The notes under the pieces: model-generated
The model's database searches: none
What the model was told of the DNA's origin: nothing
What the model saw: the letters and a program-made list of their open reading frames with translations, nothing else
Part shown: one piece after another, positions 55,944 through 64,000 of the stretch
Numbering within the stretch: position 1 is the stretch's first letter
Layout: the number at the start of each line of letters is the position of its first letter
From: a bacterium
Lineage (GTDB): Bacteria > Patescibacteriota > Minisyncoccia > UBA6257 > WO2-44-18
Length of the DNA stretch: 64,000 bases
Reading direction: 5' to 3'
NCBI GenBank assembly: GCA_030646995.1
Contig: JAUSKF010000006.1
Coordinates: forward strand, 8,624-72,623
Position numbers and translations under genes: made by a program

Positions 55944-56291
55944 ATGGAAAAAATTTTGGGTATCGGTGTGGATCTTGCAGAGGTCGGGAGGTTTCGGAAA
56001 ATGCCGTTTAAGCGGCATTCCGATTTCTATAAAAAAATTTTTACCGCGTCGGAGATAAAGTATTGTTTATCGAAAGAAAATCCTTATCCGCACTTCGCCG
56101 CTCGCTTTGCCGCCAAAGAAGCGGTGCTTAAGTGTATTCAAGGTACTATTTATAAAATTTTGGATGTGGAGATTTTCAATGATAAAAATGGAGCTCCGAG
56201 TGTTAAAGTTAAAAAGCAGCGAGGAAGATTTTTGGTTTCGCTTTCGCACACCAAAGATCACGCTATTGCCACAGCAATATGGTTAAATTAA
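55944..56291 (+). CDS. acpS: Holo-ACP synthase (4'-phosphopantetheinyl transferase)
   Basis: GIGVDL, FTASE, AARFAAKEA, GAP, VSLSH. Confidence 0.93.
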   Translation: MEKILGIGVDLAEVGRFRKMPFKRHSDFYKKIFTASEIKYCLSKENPYPHFAARFAAKEAVLKCIQGTIYKILDVEIFNDKNGAPSVKVKKQRGRFLVSLSHTKDHAIATAIWLN

Positions 56292-57757
56292 TTCAAGAAT
56301 ATTTTTCCGCATCAGCCGAGAAATTTCCGGATAAGATTGCGGTTAACTGGAAAGATCAAAATATTACTTTTGCGGAATTAGAGAGCCGGAGTAATCAGCT
56401 GGCTTTCGCTCTCAAAGGATTAGGGGTGAAGCGAGGAGATCGCATAGCTTTTTGTCTTCAAAAATCTCCCAAAGCAATTCAAGTAATTCTCGGAATTTTG
56501 AAGGTAGATGCGGCCTATGTACCTTTGAATCCCAGAGCTCCGGAAGCAAGGATCGCGCAAATGATTAACGACGCGCAGCCATCGGTTGTGATTTGCGAAC
56601 GGGCTACTAAGGCTTTGGTGAAAAGTGGCAAGGTTTTTGATTTGGACGAAAAGGCAGAAATGCTAGCAGATATGCCGGTCAGTGCGATGCATTGCAAAAA
56701 TACCTCCGTTGATCTTGCCTACATCCTTTACACTTCCGGCTCTACTGGTATTCCTAAGGGCGTAATGATTACGCATGGCAATATTATCAACGCAACCGAT
56801 TGGGCAGTAGAAGAATTTGGTATTAGCGAAAAAGATAGGATGTCTCAGCATCCGCCGTTGCACTTTGACCTCTCCACTTTTGATCTTTATTGCGCTTTTA
56901 AGGCAGGAGCGACTTTGTATTTGGTGCCGGAGGAGTTATCCTTATTCCCGGGCCAGCTTCTGAAATTTATTGAAGAGAGTAAATTAACTATTTGGAATTC
57001 TGTGCCATCAGTTTTAGTTTATCTTTGGAACTCGGGTTTAATTAAAGAGGATCGTTTATCACTGGTACGGAAATTTTTCTTCAATGGCGAAGGATTTCCG
57101 ACCCGATTTTTGGCCGAGTGGATGAAAACTTTTCCGAAAAAAGAATTCGTGAATATGTATGGGCCGACCGAGACGACCGTTCAGTGTACTTTCTATCGGA
57201 TACCAGAGGCGCCGACCGATCTGACCAAGTTGGTGCCTATCGGCAAGGCCTGTCGCAATGTGGAAGTTTTTCTTGTGGATGGAGAATTGTGTGTTGCCGG
57301 CGACGGCGTGGGGCTGGGGTATTGGAATAACCCCGAAAAGACAGCAGTCTCATTTGTGGATATTACGGGCAAGGGGCGAGTCTATAAAACCGGAGATTCG
57401 GGTCGGTTACTTCCGGATGGCAACTATGAATTTATCGGGCGGAAGGATTTTCAGGTAAAAATAATGGGCAATCGGATAGAATTGGGCGATGTGGAGGCGG
57501 CTTTGTTAGCTTTGCCATATATCGAAGACGCTGCAGCGGTTGCGATAGACGCGTCCGCAACAGGAGGGCAGGAGCTTATCGGTTTTGTGAAGTTGAAAGA
57601 AGCGAAGGAGGAATTGATGATCAAAATAGATTTGGCAAAACTTATTCCGCAATATATGGTTCCGGCAAAGATAGTAGTGCGTCCTCTTTTGCCCCGTACC
57701 AGCACCGGGAAGGTGGATCGTAATGCTTTAAAATCAGACTATGGAGATAAAAAATAA
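56279..57757 (+). CDS. Stand-alone amino acid adenylation enzyme (DltA-like)
   Basis: YILYTSGSTGIPKG (A3), FDLS (A4), NMYGPTE (A5), YKTGD (A7), GRKDFQVKIMGNRIELG (A8), LPRTSTGKVDR (A10). Confidence 0.9.
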   Translation: MVKLIQEYFSASAEKFPDKIAVNWKDQNITFAELESRSNQLAFALKGLGVKRGDRIAFCLQKSPKAIQVILGILKVDAAYVPLNPRAPEARIAQMINDAQPSVVICERATKALVKSGKVFDLDEKAEMLADMPVSAMHCKNTSVDLAYILYTSGSTGIPKGVMITHGNIINATDWAVEEFGISEKDRMSQHPPLHFDLSTFDLYCAFKAGATLYLVPEELSLFPGQLLKFIEESKLTIWNSVPSVLVYLWNSGLIKEDRLSLVRKFFFNGEGFPTRFLAEWMKTFPKKEFVNMYGPTETTVQCTFYRIPEAPTDLTKLVPIGKACRNVEVFLVDGELCVAGDGVGLGYWNNPEKTAVSFVDITGKGRVYKTGDSGRLLPDGNYEFIGRKDFQVKIMGNRIELGDVEAALLALPYIEDAAAVAIDASATGGQELIGFVKLKEAKEELMIKIDLAKLIPQYMVPAKIVVRPLLPRTSTGKVDRNALKSDYGDKK

Positions 57758-57962
57758 AGTTCGGGAATTTCTTAAAACAGAAACTCAAAAAGAAATTACC
57801 AACGATTCGGAGAATCTGATTACTTCCGGAGTGCTCGATTCTTTTTCGATGATTAAATTGATTACTTTTATTGAGAGCGAGCTAAAGATCAAGGTGGATA
57901 TGGAAAAATTATCTGCGGAAAATTTTAATTCCATCGAGAAGATAGATGAATTTCTTCGGTAA
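57741..57962 (+). CDS. Acyl/aminoacyl carrier protein (DltC-like)
   Basis: 73 aa; GVLDSFSM phosphopantetheine Ser motif; ENFNSI. Confidence 0.88.
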   Translation: MEIKNKVREFLKTETQKEITNDSENLITSGVLDSFSMIKLITFIESELKIKVDMEKLSAENFNSIEKIDEFLR

Positions 57963-57968
57963 ATAGGC

Positions 57969-57997
57969 TTGCCAAAAGCAGTAAATTCTCGTATATT
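57969..57997 (+). promoter_or_regulatory. Sigma70 promoter giving a probably leaderless gmd transcript
   Basis: TTGCCA, 17 nt, TATATT, then 7 nt to ATG 58005. Confidence 0.6.
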
Positions 57998-58004
57998 TTT
58001 TATT

Positions 58005-59012
58005 ATGAAAAAGGCGCTTATTACTGGAATCGCCGGCCAAGACGGAAGCCATTTGGCAGAGCTTTTACTCGGAAAGGGATATGAGGTTCACGGAGTCATC
58101 CGACGTTCTTCCAGCTTCAATACCGCCCGCATCGCCCATCTTTTTAGCGATATTCATGAGCCCAACCAACGGCTCCATCTCCACTATGGAGATCTCTCTG
58201 ATGCGGCGATGATTCGTAAAATTATTTATAAGATATCCCCGGATGAGATATATAATTTGGGCGCTCAATCGCATGTGCGGGTGTCGTTCGATATTCCGGA
58301 GTACACCGCTGACATTACCGGTTTGGGCGCGCTTCGGGTTTTGGATGCAATTAAGGATTTTCAGGAACACACAGGCAAGAAAGTAAAATATTATCAGGCA
58401 TCTTCTTCGGAGATGTTTGGGGCTGCTGTTCCGCCGCAGAATGAAGAAACGCCGTTTTGGCCAAGAAGTCCGTATGGCGTGGCCAAGACCTTCGCCTATT
58501 ATACAACTAAGAATTATCGGGAGGCCTACGGAATTTTCGCAGTGAACGGAATTTTATTTAATCATGAAGGTCCGCGCCGTGGAGAGACGTTTGTGACCCG
58601 GAAAATTTCCCGAGGAGTTGCCAGAATTAAAGCCGGATTGGATAAGAAAATTTATCTGGGATATTTAGATTCGCGGAGAGATTGGGGGTATGCTCCGGAA
58701 TACGTAGAGGCCATGTGGATGATGCTTCAGCAGGACAAGCCGGAGGATTATGTTATCGGTACCGGAGAATCCCATTCAATTCGGGACTTTTTGGATGTTG
58801 CGTTCGCTCATGCCGGATTAGGAGATTGGAAGCCCTATGTGGAAATCGATCCTCGCTACCATCGTCCAGCGGAGGTAGAGAATCTGGTCGCCGATACTCG
58901 GAAGGCCAAAGAAAAACTCGGATGGGTCGCCAAGACTAAATTCCATGATTTAGTGAAGATAATGGTGGACGCTGACATTAAAGCGATATGCCCAGACAAA
59001 TTAGAAAAATAG
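58005..59012 (+). CDS. gmd: GDP-mannose 4,6-dehydratase
   Basis: [55 protein letters not shown]. Confidence 0.97.
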   Translation: MKKALITGIAGQDGSHLAELLLGKGYEVHGVIRRSSSFNTARIAHLFSDIHEPNQRLHLHYGDLSDAAMIRKIIYKISPDEIYNLGAQSHVRVSFDIPEYTADITGLGALRVLDAIKDFQEHTGKKVKYYQASSSEMFGAAVPPQNEETPFWPRSPYGVAKTFAYYTTKNYREAYGIFAVNGILFNHEGPRRGETFVTRKISRGVARIKAGLDKKIYLGYLDSRRDWGYAPEYVEAMWMMLQQDKPEDYVIGTGESHSIRDFLDVAFAHAGLGDWKPYVEIDPRYHRPAEVENLVADTRKAKEKLGWVAKTKFHDLVKIMVDADIKAICPDKLEK

Positions 59013-60190
59013 GGGTTGGCACGGTGAAGATATCGCCGCTTGCCAAAAAATACGTCAACGAAGCTTTGGATAATCACAGGCTTTCTTATGGGCCGTTTTT
59101 ACGCAGATTTGAAAATGAATTCGCTAAGTTGCATGCGAGAAAATATGCGATCAGTTGCAATAGTGGCACCGGAGCCTTGCAGATCGCAATCGGGGCCTTG
59201 AAAGAAGTTCACAATTGGAAAGATGGAGACGAGGTGATCGTGCCGGCGCTGACTTTTATCGCCACTTCTAATGTGGTTATTCAAAATGGACTGAAGCCGA
59301 TCTTCGTGGATATCGATCCAGTTACCTATAATATCGACCCTTCGAAAATAGAGGAGAAGATCACCAAGCGCACCCGGGCGATCATGCCGGTCCATCTTTT
59401 CGGTCTTTCTTCCGATATGGAAGCCGTGATGAAGATTGCAAAGAAATATAAATTGAAAGTAGTGGAGGATTCTTGTGAGTCCATGTTCGCTGATCATAAG
59501 GGAATGCCTGTGGGTTCTCGGGGAGATATTTCCTGCTTCTCTACTTATGCCGCCCATCTTGTGGTCACCGGCGTCGGCGGTTTGTCGCTGACCAACAATC
59601 CGAAGTACGCCGTGGTGATGAAAAGCATGATGAATCATGGCCGTGATTCTATTTATATGAATATTGACGACGATGATAAGCTGACTGACGATCGATCAAT
59701 TTTTAAAATGGCCGACCGGCGTTTTTCTTTCGTTAGAATGGGTTACAGCCTTCGCCTAACAGAGCTGGAGGGCGCGCTTGGCGTTGCGGAGCTGGAAAAT
59801 CGGCACAGTAATCTGAAAAATCGTTCGATTAACGCCGACTACTTACTCAAAGGACTCTCGAAATTTTCCAATTTGATCCAGCTTCCTTCCTGGCCGAAGC
59901 ATTCCGAACACGCCTTTATGATGTTCCCGATAGTGGTGAAGGATAAGCAAATCAGCAGGGATAAGTTGATTACTTATCTAGAAAAGAACGGTGTTGAGAC
60001 GCGCTACATGCTTCCTTTGTTGAATCAGCCCTATTACAAAAAGATCTTTGGTGATATCGAGAAAAATTATCCGGTGGCCCAATGGATCAATAATAATGGT
60101 TTTTATATCGGTTGCCATCAGAATCTTTCCCGCAAAGATCTGGATTACGTCATCGAAGTTTTCTCTGATTTTCTTAAAAAATGGATCTAA
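58988..60190 (+). CDS. DegT/DnrJ-family PLP enzyme, ColD-like (His at the usual Lys position)
   Basis: [45 protein letters not shown]; lies between gmd and fcl. Confidence 0.8.
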   Translation: MPRQIRKIGVGTVKISPLAKKYVNEALDNHRLSYGPFLRRFENEFAKLHARKYAISCNSGTGALQIAIGALKEVHNWKDGDEVIVPALTFIATSNVVIQNGLKPIFVDIDPVTYNIDPSKIEEKITKRTRAIMPVHLFGLSSDMEAVMKIAKKYKLKVVEDSCESMFADHKGMPVGSRGDISCFSTYAAHLVVTGVGGLSLTNNPKYAVVMKSMMNHGRDSIYMNIDDDDKLTDDRSIFKMADRRFSFVRMGYSLRLTELEGALGVAELENRHSNLKNRSINADYLLKGLSKFSNLIQLPSWPKHSEHAFMMFPIVVKDKQISRDKLITYLEKNGVETRYMLPLLNQPYYKKIFGDIEKNYPVAQWINNNGFYIGCHQNLSRKDLDYVIEVFSDFLKKWI

Positions 60191-61116
60191 GTAAAAAAAA
60201 TATACTTATTACCGGCGGAGCCGGTTTTTTGGGCCGTAGGGTTTTTGACAAGTTGGTTGAGCGCGGCGTGCCGGCTGAGAAGATTTCCGTTACTCGGTCA
60301 AAAGAGTACGATCTGCGTGATGCCGCGGCCTGCAAAGAGGTCGTTAAGGGGAGGGATATCGTTATTCATCTGGCGGCCATCGTCGGCGGTATCGGCTACA
60401 ATCGTAAGCATCCCGGAGTGGCATTTTACGACAATGCGGCGATGGGGATGAATATTTTGGAGGCCTTTCGGTTGGCGGGTGGAGAAAAATTTGTGGGAGT
60501 TGGCAGTGTCTGCTCCTATCCGAAGTTTGCCCCGGTACCTTTTCAGGAAAAAGATCTATGGAACGGTTATCCGGAGGAAACCAATGCTTCTTATGGTCTC
60601 GCTAAGAAAATGATGTTAGTGCAATCGCAAGCCTATCGGCAAGAATATGGGACTAATGCCGTCCACCTTTTAATGGTGAATCTCTATGGCCCCGGTGACA
60701 ATTTTGACCCGGAGAATTCTCATGTAGTCCCGGCTCTGATTCGAAAGGTGGCGGAGGCAAAAAAGGAGGGTCGCCCATTCATAGAAGCTTGGGGCACCGG
60801 CTCTGCCACCCGTGAGTTTCTATACGTTGATGATGCTGCCGAAGCGATTGTGCTGGCGGCAGAAAAATATGACAAAGGTGAGCCAGTAAATATCGGCTCC
60901 GGTCAGGAGATGAGCATTAAAGACCTGATGGTTACTATCTGTCGGTTGATGGATTATAATGGAGAAATCCGTTGGGATAGTTCTAGGCCCGATGGCCAAC
61001 CTCGCCGCTGTTTGGATGTCGGTTTAGCTGAAAAAGAATTTGGTTTTCGGGCCAAGACTTCCATGGAAGAGGGGTTTCGTAAAACTATTAATTGGTTTTT
61101 GGAAAATCATAAATAA
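60181..61116 (+). CDS. fcl: GDP-L-fucose/colitose synthase
   Basis: HLAAIVGGIG, GSVCSYPK, YGLAK, NLYGPGDNF, SHVVPALI, WGTGSATREFLYVDD, PDGQPRR. Confidence 0.92.
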   Translation: MDLSKKNILITGGAGFLGRRVFDKLVERGVPAEKISVTRSKEYDLRDAAACKEVVKGRDIVIHLAAIVGGIGYNRKHPGVAFYDNAAMGMNILEAFRLAGGEKFVGVGSVCSYPKFAPVPFQEKDLWNGYPEETNASYGLAKKMMLVQSQAYRQEYGTNAVHLLMVNLYGPGDNFDPENSHVVPALIRKVAEAKKEGRPFIEAWGTGSATREFLYVDDAAEAIVLAAEKYDKGEPVNIGSGQEMSIKDLMVTICRLMDYNGEIRWDSSRPDGQPRRCLDVGLAEKEFGFRAKTSMEEGFRKTINWFLENHK

Positions 61117-63629
61117 TGAAATTAGCGCTCTGCTTTTTAACTTATAACGAAGCGGAATGTTTGAAGAAAATTTTACCTGGCCTCGATACTTCAATGTTCG
61201 ATGAGGTTTTTGCTGTTGATGGCGGTTCTACCGATGGCACTTTGGATATCTACCAGCAGAAGAATATCCGGGTTATTCCGCAGAAGTCTCGGGGTCGTGG
61301 CGAGGCGTTTAAGTTGGCGGAAAAATCTACCGACGCGGATGCTGTCGTGTATTTTAGCCCGGACGGCAATGAAGACTCGGCCGATTTTCCTAAATTTAGA
61401 ATTTTGTTGGAGCAAGGAGCGGACATCGTGATTGCCTCTAGGATGATGAGGGGGGCTATAAATGAAGAAGATATTTCCTGGTGGCGGCCGCGCAAGTGGG
61501 TAAACAATGCCTTTAATTTGGCTGCCAATATTTTATGGAATCGTTCGGGAAAATATATTACCGACTCTATCAACGGTTTCCGGGCTCTGCGTCGGGGAAT
61601 TATTGAGAGGCTTGGTCAGGACGCCATCGGATACACTATTGAATATCAAAATACGATTCGGGCAATGAAAGCCGGTTTGAAGATCGTGGAATTTCCGACT
61701 CATGAAGGTCAGCGCCTTGCCGGTGGAACCCAGGCGCAGTCCTTGAAAGTTGGGCTGCAATTCGTCAAATGTCTTTTTCGGGAAATCGGATTAAGTTTTT
61801 CAAAAAATAGGTTCCTTTTGTTACTAGCTGCGAGCGCGGTTTTTGTTGGGTTGGTTTATGTTCTCCCGCCACTTCTAATCGAGAGAAAAATATTGAGTCA
61901 GGGGGATTCTTTTTTATTAGTCCAGCCGGAAACTTATCGGGATGAGTTTTTCAGCTATGTTCCGCGTGATCGGGAGGTTTTCGACGGGCACTTCCCGGCG
62001 GCGGGCCCCTACGCGAACGATAATCCGCAAACGCTGATGAATCAGTTCCCGCCATTGATATTCTCCGCCTTCATTTATTTGTTTGGCGGTAATGTAGAGT
62101 CCGGATATCTTGCTTTGCAATTTGTTTTTTCCGCCCTGGCTTTTTTGTTATTTTTTTCCCTAGGATCGGCAATGATGAAGTCGCGGTTGTGGGGAGTTCT
62201 GCTGGGTTTTATTGGAGTTTTCACCTATCTTGCCCAACAGATATTTTATTATGCTTATCGCAATCCGCTTGCTATCTACTTCAATAATTTCATTCCGTTC
62301 GTCCGGACGCCGATCTCGAAAATGCCGCTTGCGCGTATTGAAGACCCGCTGATCACCCTCCCTGTTTTTCTAGCCGTGCTTATCGCCTTCTATTCTTTTT
62401 GGAATAAACCCAGACGTTCTACTGCGATTATTACCGCCCTGCTTTCTGGATTGCTGGCCTACACCTATCTTCATCATTGGCTTATGATGATGGTCATCAT
62501 CGGATCAGTTTTTATTCTGGTTCTGCTGACGCGTCGCCACGACAAGGCCTTGATCAAAAATTTCTTGATTTTATTCTCCGTCGCTGGGGTAGTAGTTTTG
62601 CCATATTTGATAAATAATTTTTCTTTCCTGGCCACCCATGGAAAAGACTTTGCTTTGCGTTTGGGATTGGAGCAGGGCCGAGGTCATATTTGGCAGATGA
62701 TCTTTGAAACCCCGATCGTTTTCGACCATATCATCTACTCAATCCTTTTCGCCGTAGTTTATCTGGTTTATTTCCGCTGGCGCCCTGATAGAAAAAAAGG
62801 GCTTTTTATGGCCGGCCTTACCTTATCAATGTTCTTGGTTTGGCAGATACCGTTGATTTTGGGATCTTTTCCTCAGATCTCGCATTTTATAAAATCGGTA
62901 AGTTTAGTAGCTTTGTTGATCATCGTAAATCTCATTTATGACGTGCTGGTTGGATTGGGTAAACGGGGAAGATTGGCGGCCTTGGCGTTGGGTATTTCTT
63001 TAATCGCTGGCCTAGCAGGCAAAAAATTAGTGAATACTTTGATATTCATCAACCCGCCCGCAGGCATCGTGAAAGAGTATAGTTTTCCTAAAGAAATGTT
63101 GGATTCCTGGAGTTGGATAGATGCTAATTTGGGCAAAGAGCCGAAGATCGTTTCTTCATCTTTAGTGACCTCGCTTTATCTTGCCGGTAACACCAAGGCG
63201 CGCCCTTATCTTCCGACCGGATTTATTTCGGCTTTACCAACGACCGAATTGGAGAAAAGATTTATGTTGGTGAATAAATTATTTGGAGTTACTCCGGAGA
63301 TGTTGAGTCGGAGGATAAAAGATTTTGACGATGATTTTAGTGACATCTGCGCCGGAGAAGAGTGCTTTAAGGCCTCGCATTTTAATTTTACAAAAAACCG
63401 ATGGTACTTGGCTGAGCATGGTTGGTATATGACAGAGATGGCTTCTAGTCCGGAAAAGGCGATTGCGGGGTACCGGAAAATGAAGGCCTCTTGGAAAGAC
63501 ACTAACGCTGACTATGTTTATTATGGCCCCTGGGAAAAACAGTTTGGCGCTGCCCGTCTTTCGAGCGACCCCAATCTTAAGCAGGTCTTCAAAAATTCTT
63601 TGGTAGAGATATATCAGATCCAGAGATAG
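61116..63629 (+). CDS. Fusion of a GT2 (DPM-synthase-like) domain and a GT-C-like membrane domain
   Basis: First ~225 aa: YNEAE, VDGGSTDGT, PDGNED, ASRM, TDSINGFRA; the remainder is paralogous to 43097-44929. Confidence 0.8.
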   Translation: MKLALCFLTYNEAECLKKILPGLDTSMFDEVFAVDGGSTDGTLDIYQQKNIRVIPQKSRGRGEAFKLAEKSTDADAVVYFSPDGNEDSADFPKFRILLEQGADIVIASRMMRGAINEEDISWWRPRKWVNNAFNLAANILWNRSGKYITDSINGFRALRRGIIERLGQDAIGYTIEYQNTIRAMKAGLKIVEFPTHEGQRLAGGTQAQSLKVGLQFVKCLFREIGLSFSKNRFLLLLAASAVFVGLVYVLPPLLIERKILSQGDSFLLVQPETYRDEFFSYVPRDREVFDGHFPAAGPYANDNPQTLMNQFPPLIFSAFIYLFGGNVESGYLALQFVFSALAFLLFFSLGSAMMKSRLWGVLLGFIGVFTYLAQQIFYYAYRNPLAIYFNNFIPFVRTPISKMPLARIEDPLITLPVFLAVLIAFYSFWNKPRRSTAIITALLSGLLAYTYLHHWLMMMVIIGSVFILVLLTRRHDKALIKNFLILFSVAGVVVLPYLINNFSFLATHGKDFALRLGLEQGRGHIWQMIFETPIVFDHIIYSILFAVVYLVYFRWRPDRKKGLFMAGLTLSMFLVWQIPLILGSFPQISHFIKSVSLVALLIIVNLIYDVLVGLGKRGRLAALALGISLIAGLAGKKLVNTLIFINPPAGIVKEYSFPKEMLDSWSWIDANLGKEPKIVSSSLVTSLYLAGNTKARPYLPTGFISALPTTELEKRFMLVNKLFGVTPEMLSRRIKDFDDDFSDICAGEECFKASHFNFTKNRWYLAEHGWYMTEMASSPEKAIAGYRKMKASWKDTNADYVYYGPWEKQFGAARLSSDPNLKQVFKNSLVEIYQIQR

Positions 63630-63671
63630 CTTCTTGATTCACTAGTGATTCTATGATTAAATCTTTGTATT

Positions 63672-64000
63672 ATGGAAAAAGTTGGGTGCGAGGTCTGCGC
63701 TTTTCGTAATCCCAGGGCGACGGTCACGGCTTTGATTTTGAAAGATAAAAAAGTTCTTTTGGCGAAGCGCACACAGGAACCCTTCTTGGGCTGGTGGGAT
63801 CTAATAGGCGGGTATATGAGTGAGCAAGAAGTTCCTGAGGACGCCCTGCGAAGAGAAATCAAGGAAGAGTTGTCTATAGATTGTGGTAAAATGGAACTTG
63901 TCGGATTTTTCCCCGGTTACGCGGAATGGAAGGGGGTAAGTAATCCGATTCTTTCTATCGTATATCGAACTGATTTATCTGATCAGAAAATTAATTTAAG
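63672..64000 (+). CDS. NUDIX hydrolase (runs off the window end)
   Basis: MEKVGCEVCAFRNPRATV...WDLIGGYMSEQEVPEDALRREIKEELS, a Nudix box Gx5Ex7REUxEE. Confidence 0.9.
   Translation, partial: MEKVGCEVCAFRNPRATVTALILKDKKVLLAKRTQEPFLGWWDLIGGYMSEQEVPEDALRREIKEELSIDCGKMELVGFFPGYAEWKGVSNPILSIVYRTDLSDQKINL

Noticed and set aside
56279-57962. Call as a dlt operon or secondary-metabolite NRPS cluster
   Set aside because: No dltB/dltD, condensation or thioesterase domains in the window.
63614-63862. 82-aa minus-strand ORF at the window end
   Set aside because: The + strand frame from 63672 carries a clear Nudix box and is the real, truncated gene.
1-64000. Prophage, IS element, integron, rRNA/tRNA or alternative genetic code
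   Set aside because: No integrase, transposase, phage structural gene, attC-like array or structural RNA was recognised by eye; ORFs are full length in code 11 and TGA acts as a stop. A covariance-model scan would be needed to exclude small RNAs.

Overview
Bacterial genomic window in the standard code (TGA is used as a stop, e.g. 22568-22570). Gene content and style point to a Patescibacteria/Parcubacteria (CPR) genome; this is an inference from the peptidoglycan-binding-domain surface protein, largely SD-less tightly coupled genes and a GGSASGG-type palindromic insert. Bases 1-8.6 kb are housekeeping: the 3' end of a phosphomannomutase, a divergent folD, a His/Asp-rich lipoprotein, two RNase H-fold genes, iscS, clpB, galU and a winged-helix protein. 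A 1250-aa secreted S-layer-like protein (8960-12712) is followed by about 50 kb of surface-glycan genes: GT4s, a flippase, five paralogous TagF-like GT-B enzymes, neuC/neuA, sqdB, two radical SAM enzymes, two deacetylases, CDP-sugar and GDP-sugar pathways, an AcpS/adenylation/ACP module and two GT-C-like membrane transferases. The most unusual sequence-level signals are four. (1) Fourteen exact CGGCAA/TTGCCG copies (consensus ATNCGGCAAT) lie inside the HTH gene next to the surface-protein gene. (2) A 38-bp perfect palindrome makes two convergent genes end in the same peptide, NKTTEV. (3) Degenerate 7/8/9-mer tandem tracts sit inside intact enzyme genes. (4) SD-led, self-terminated gene cassettes are interspersed among leaderless or coupled genes. 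No rRNA, tRNA, CRISPR array, transposase or integrase was recognised. All protein calls come from motif recognition by eye, not from database searches.
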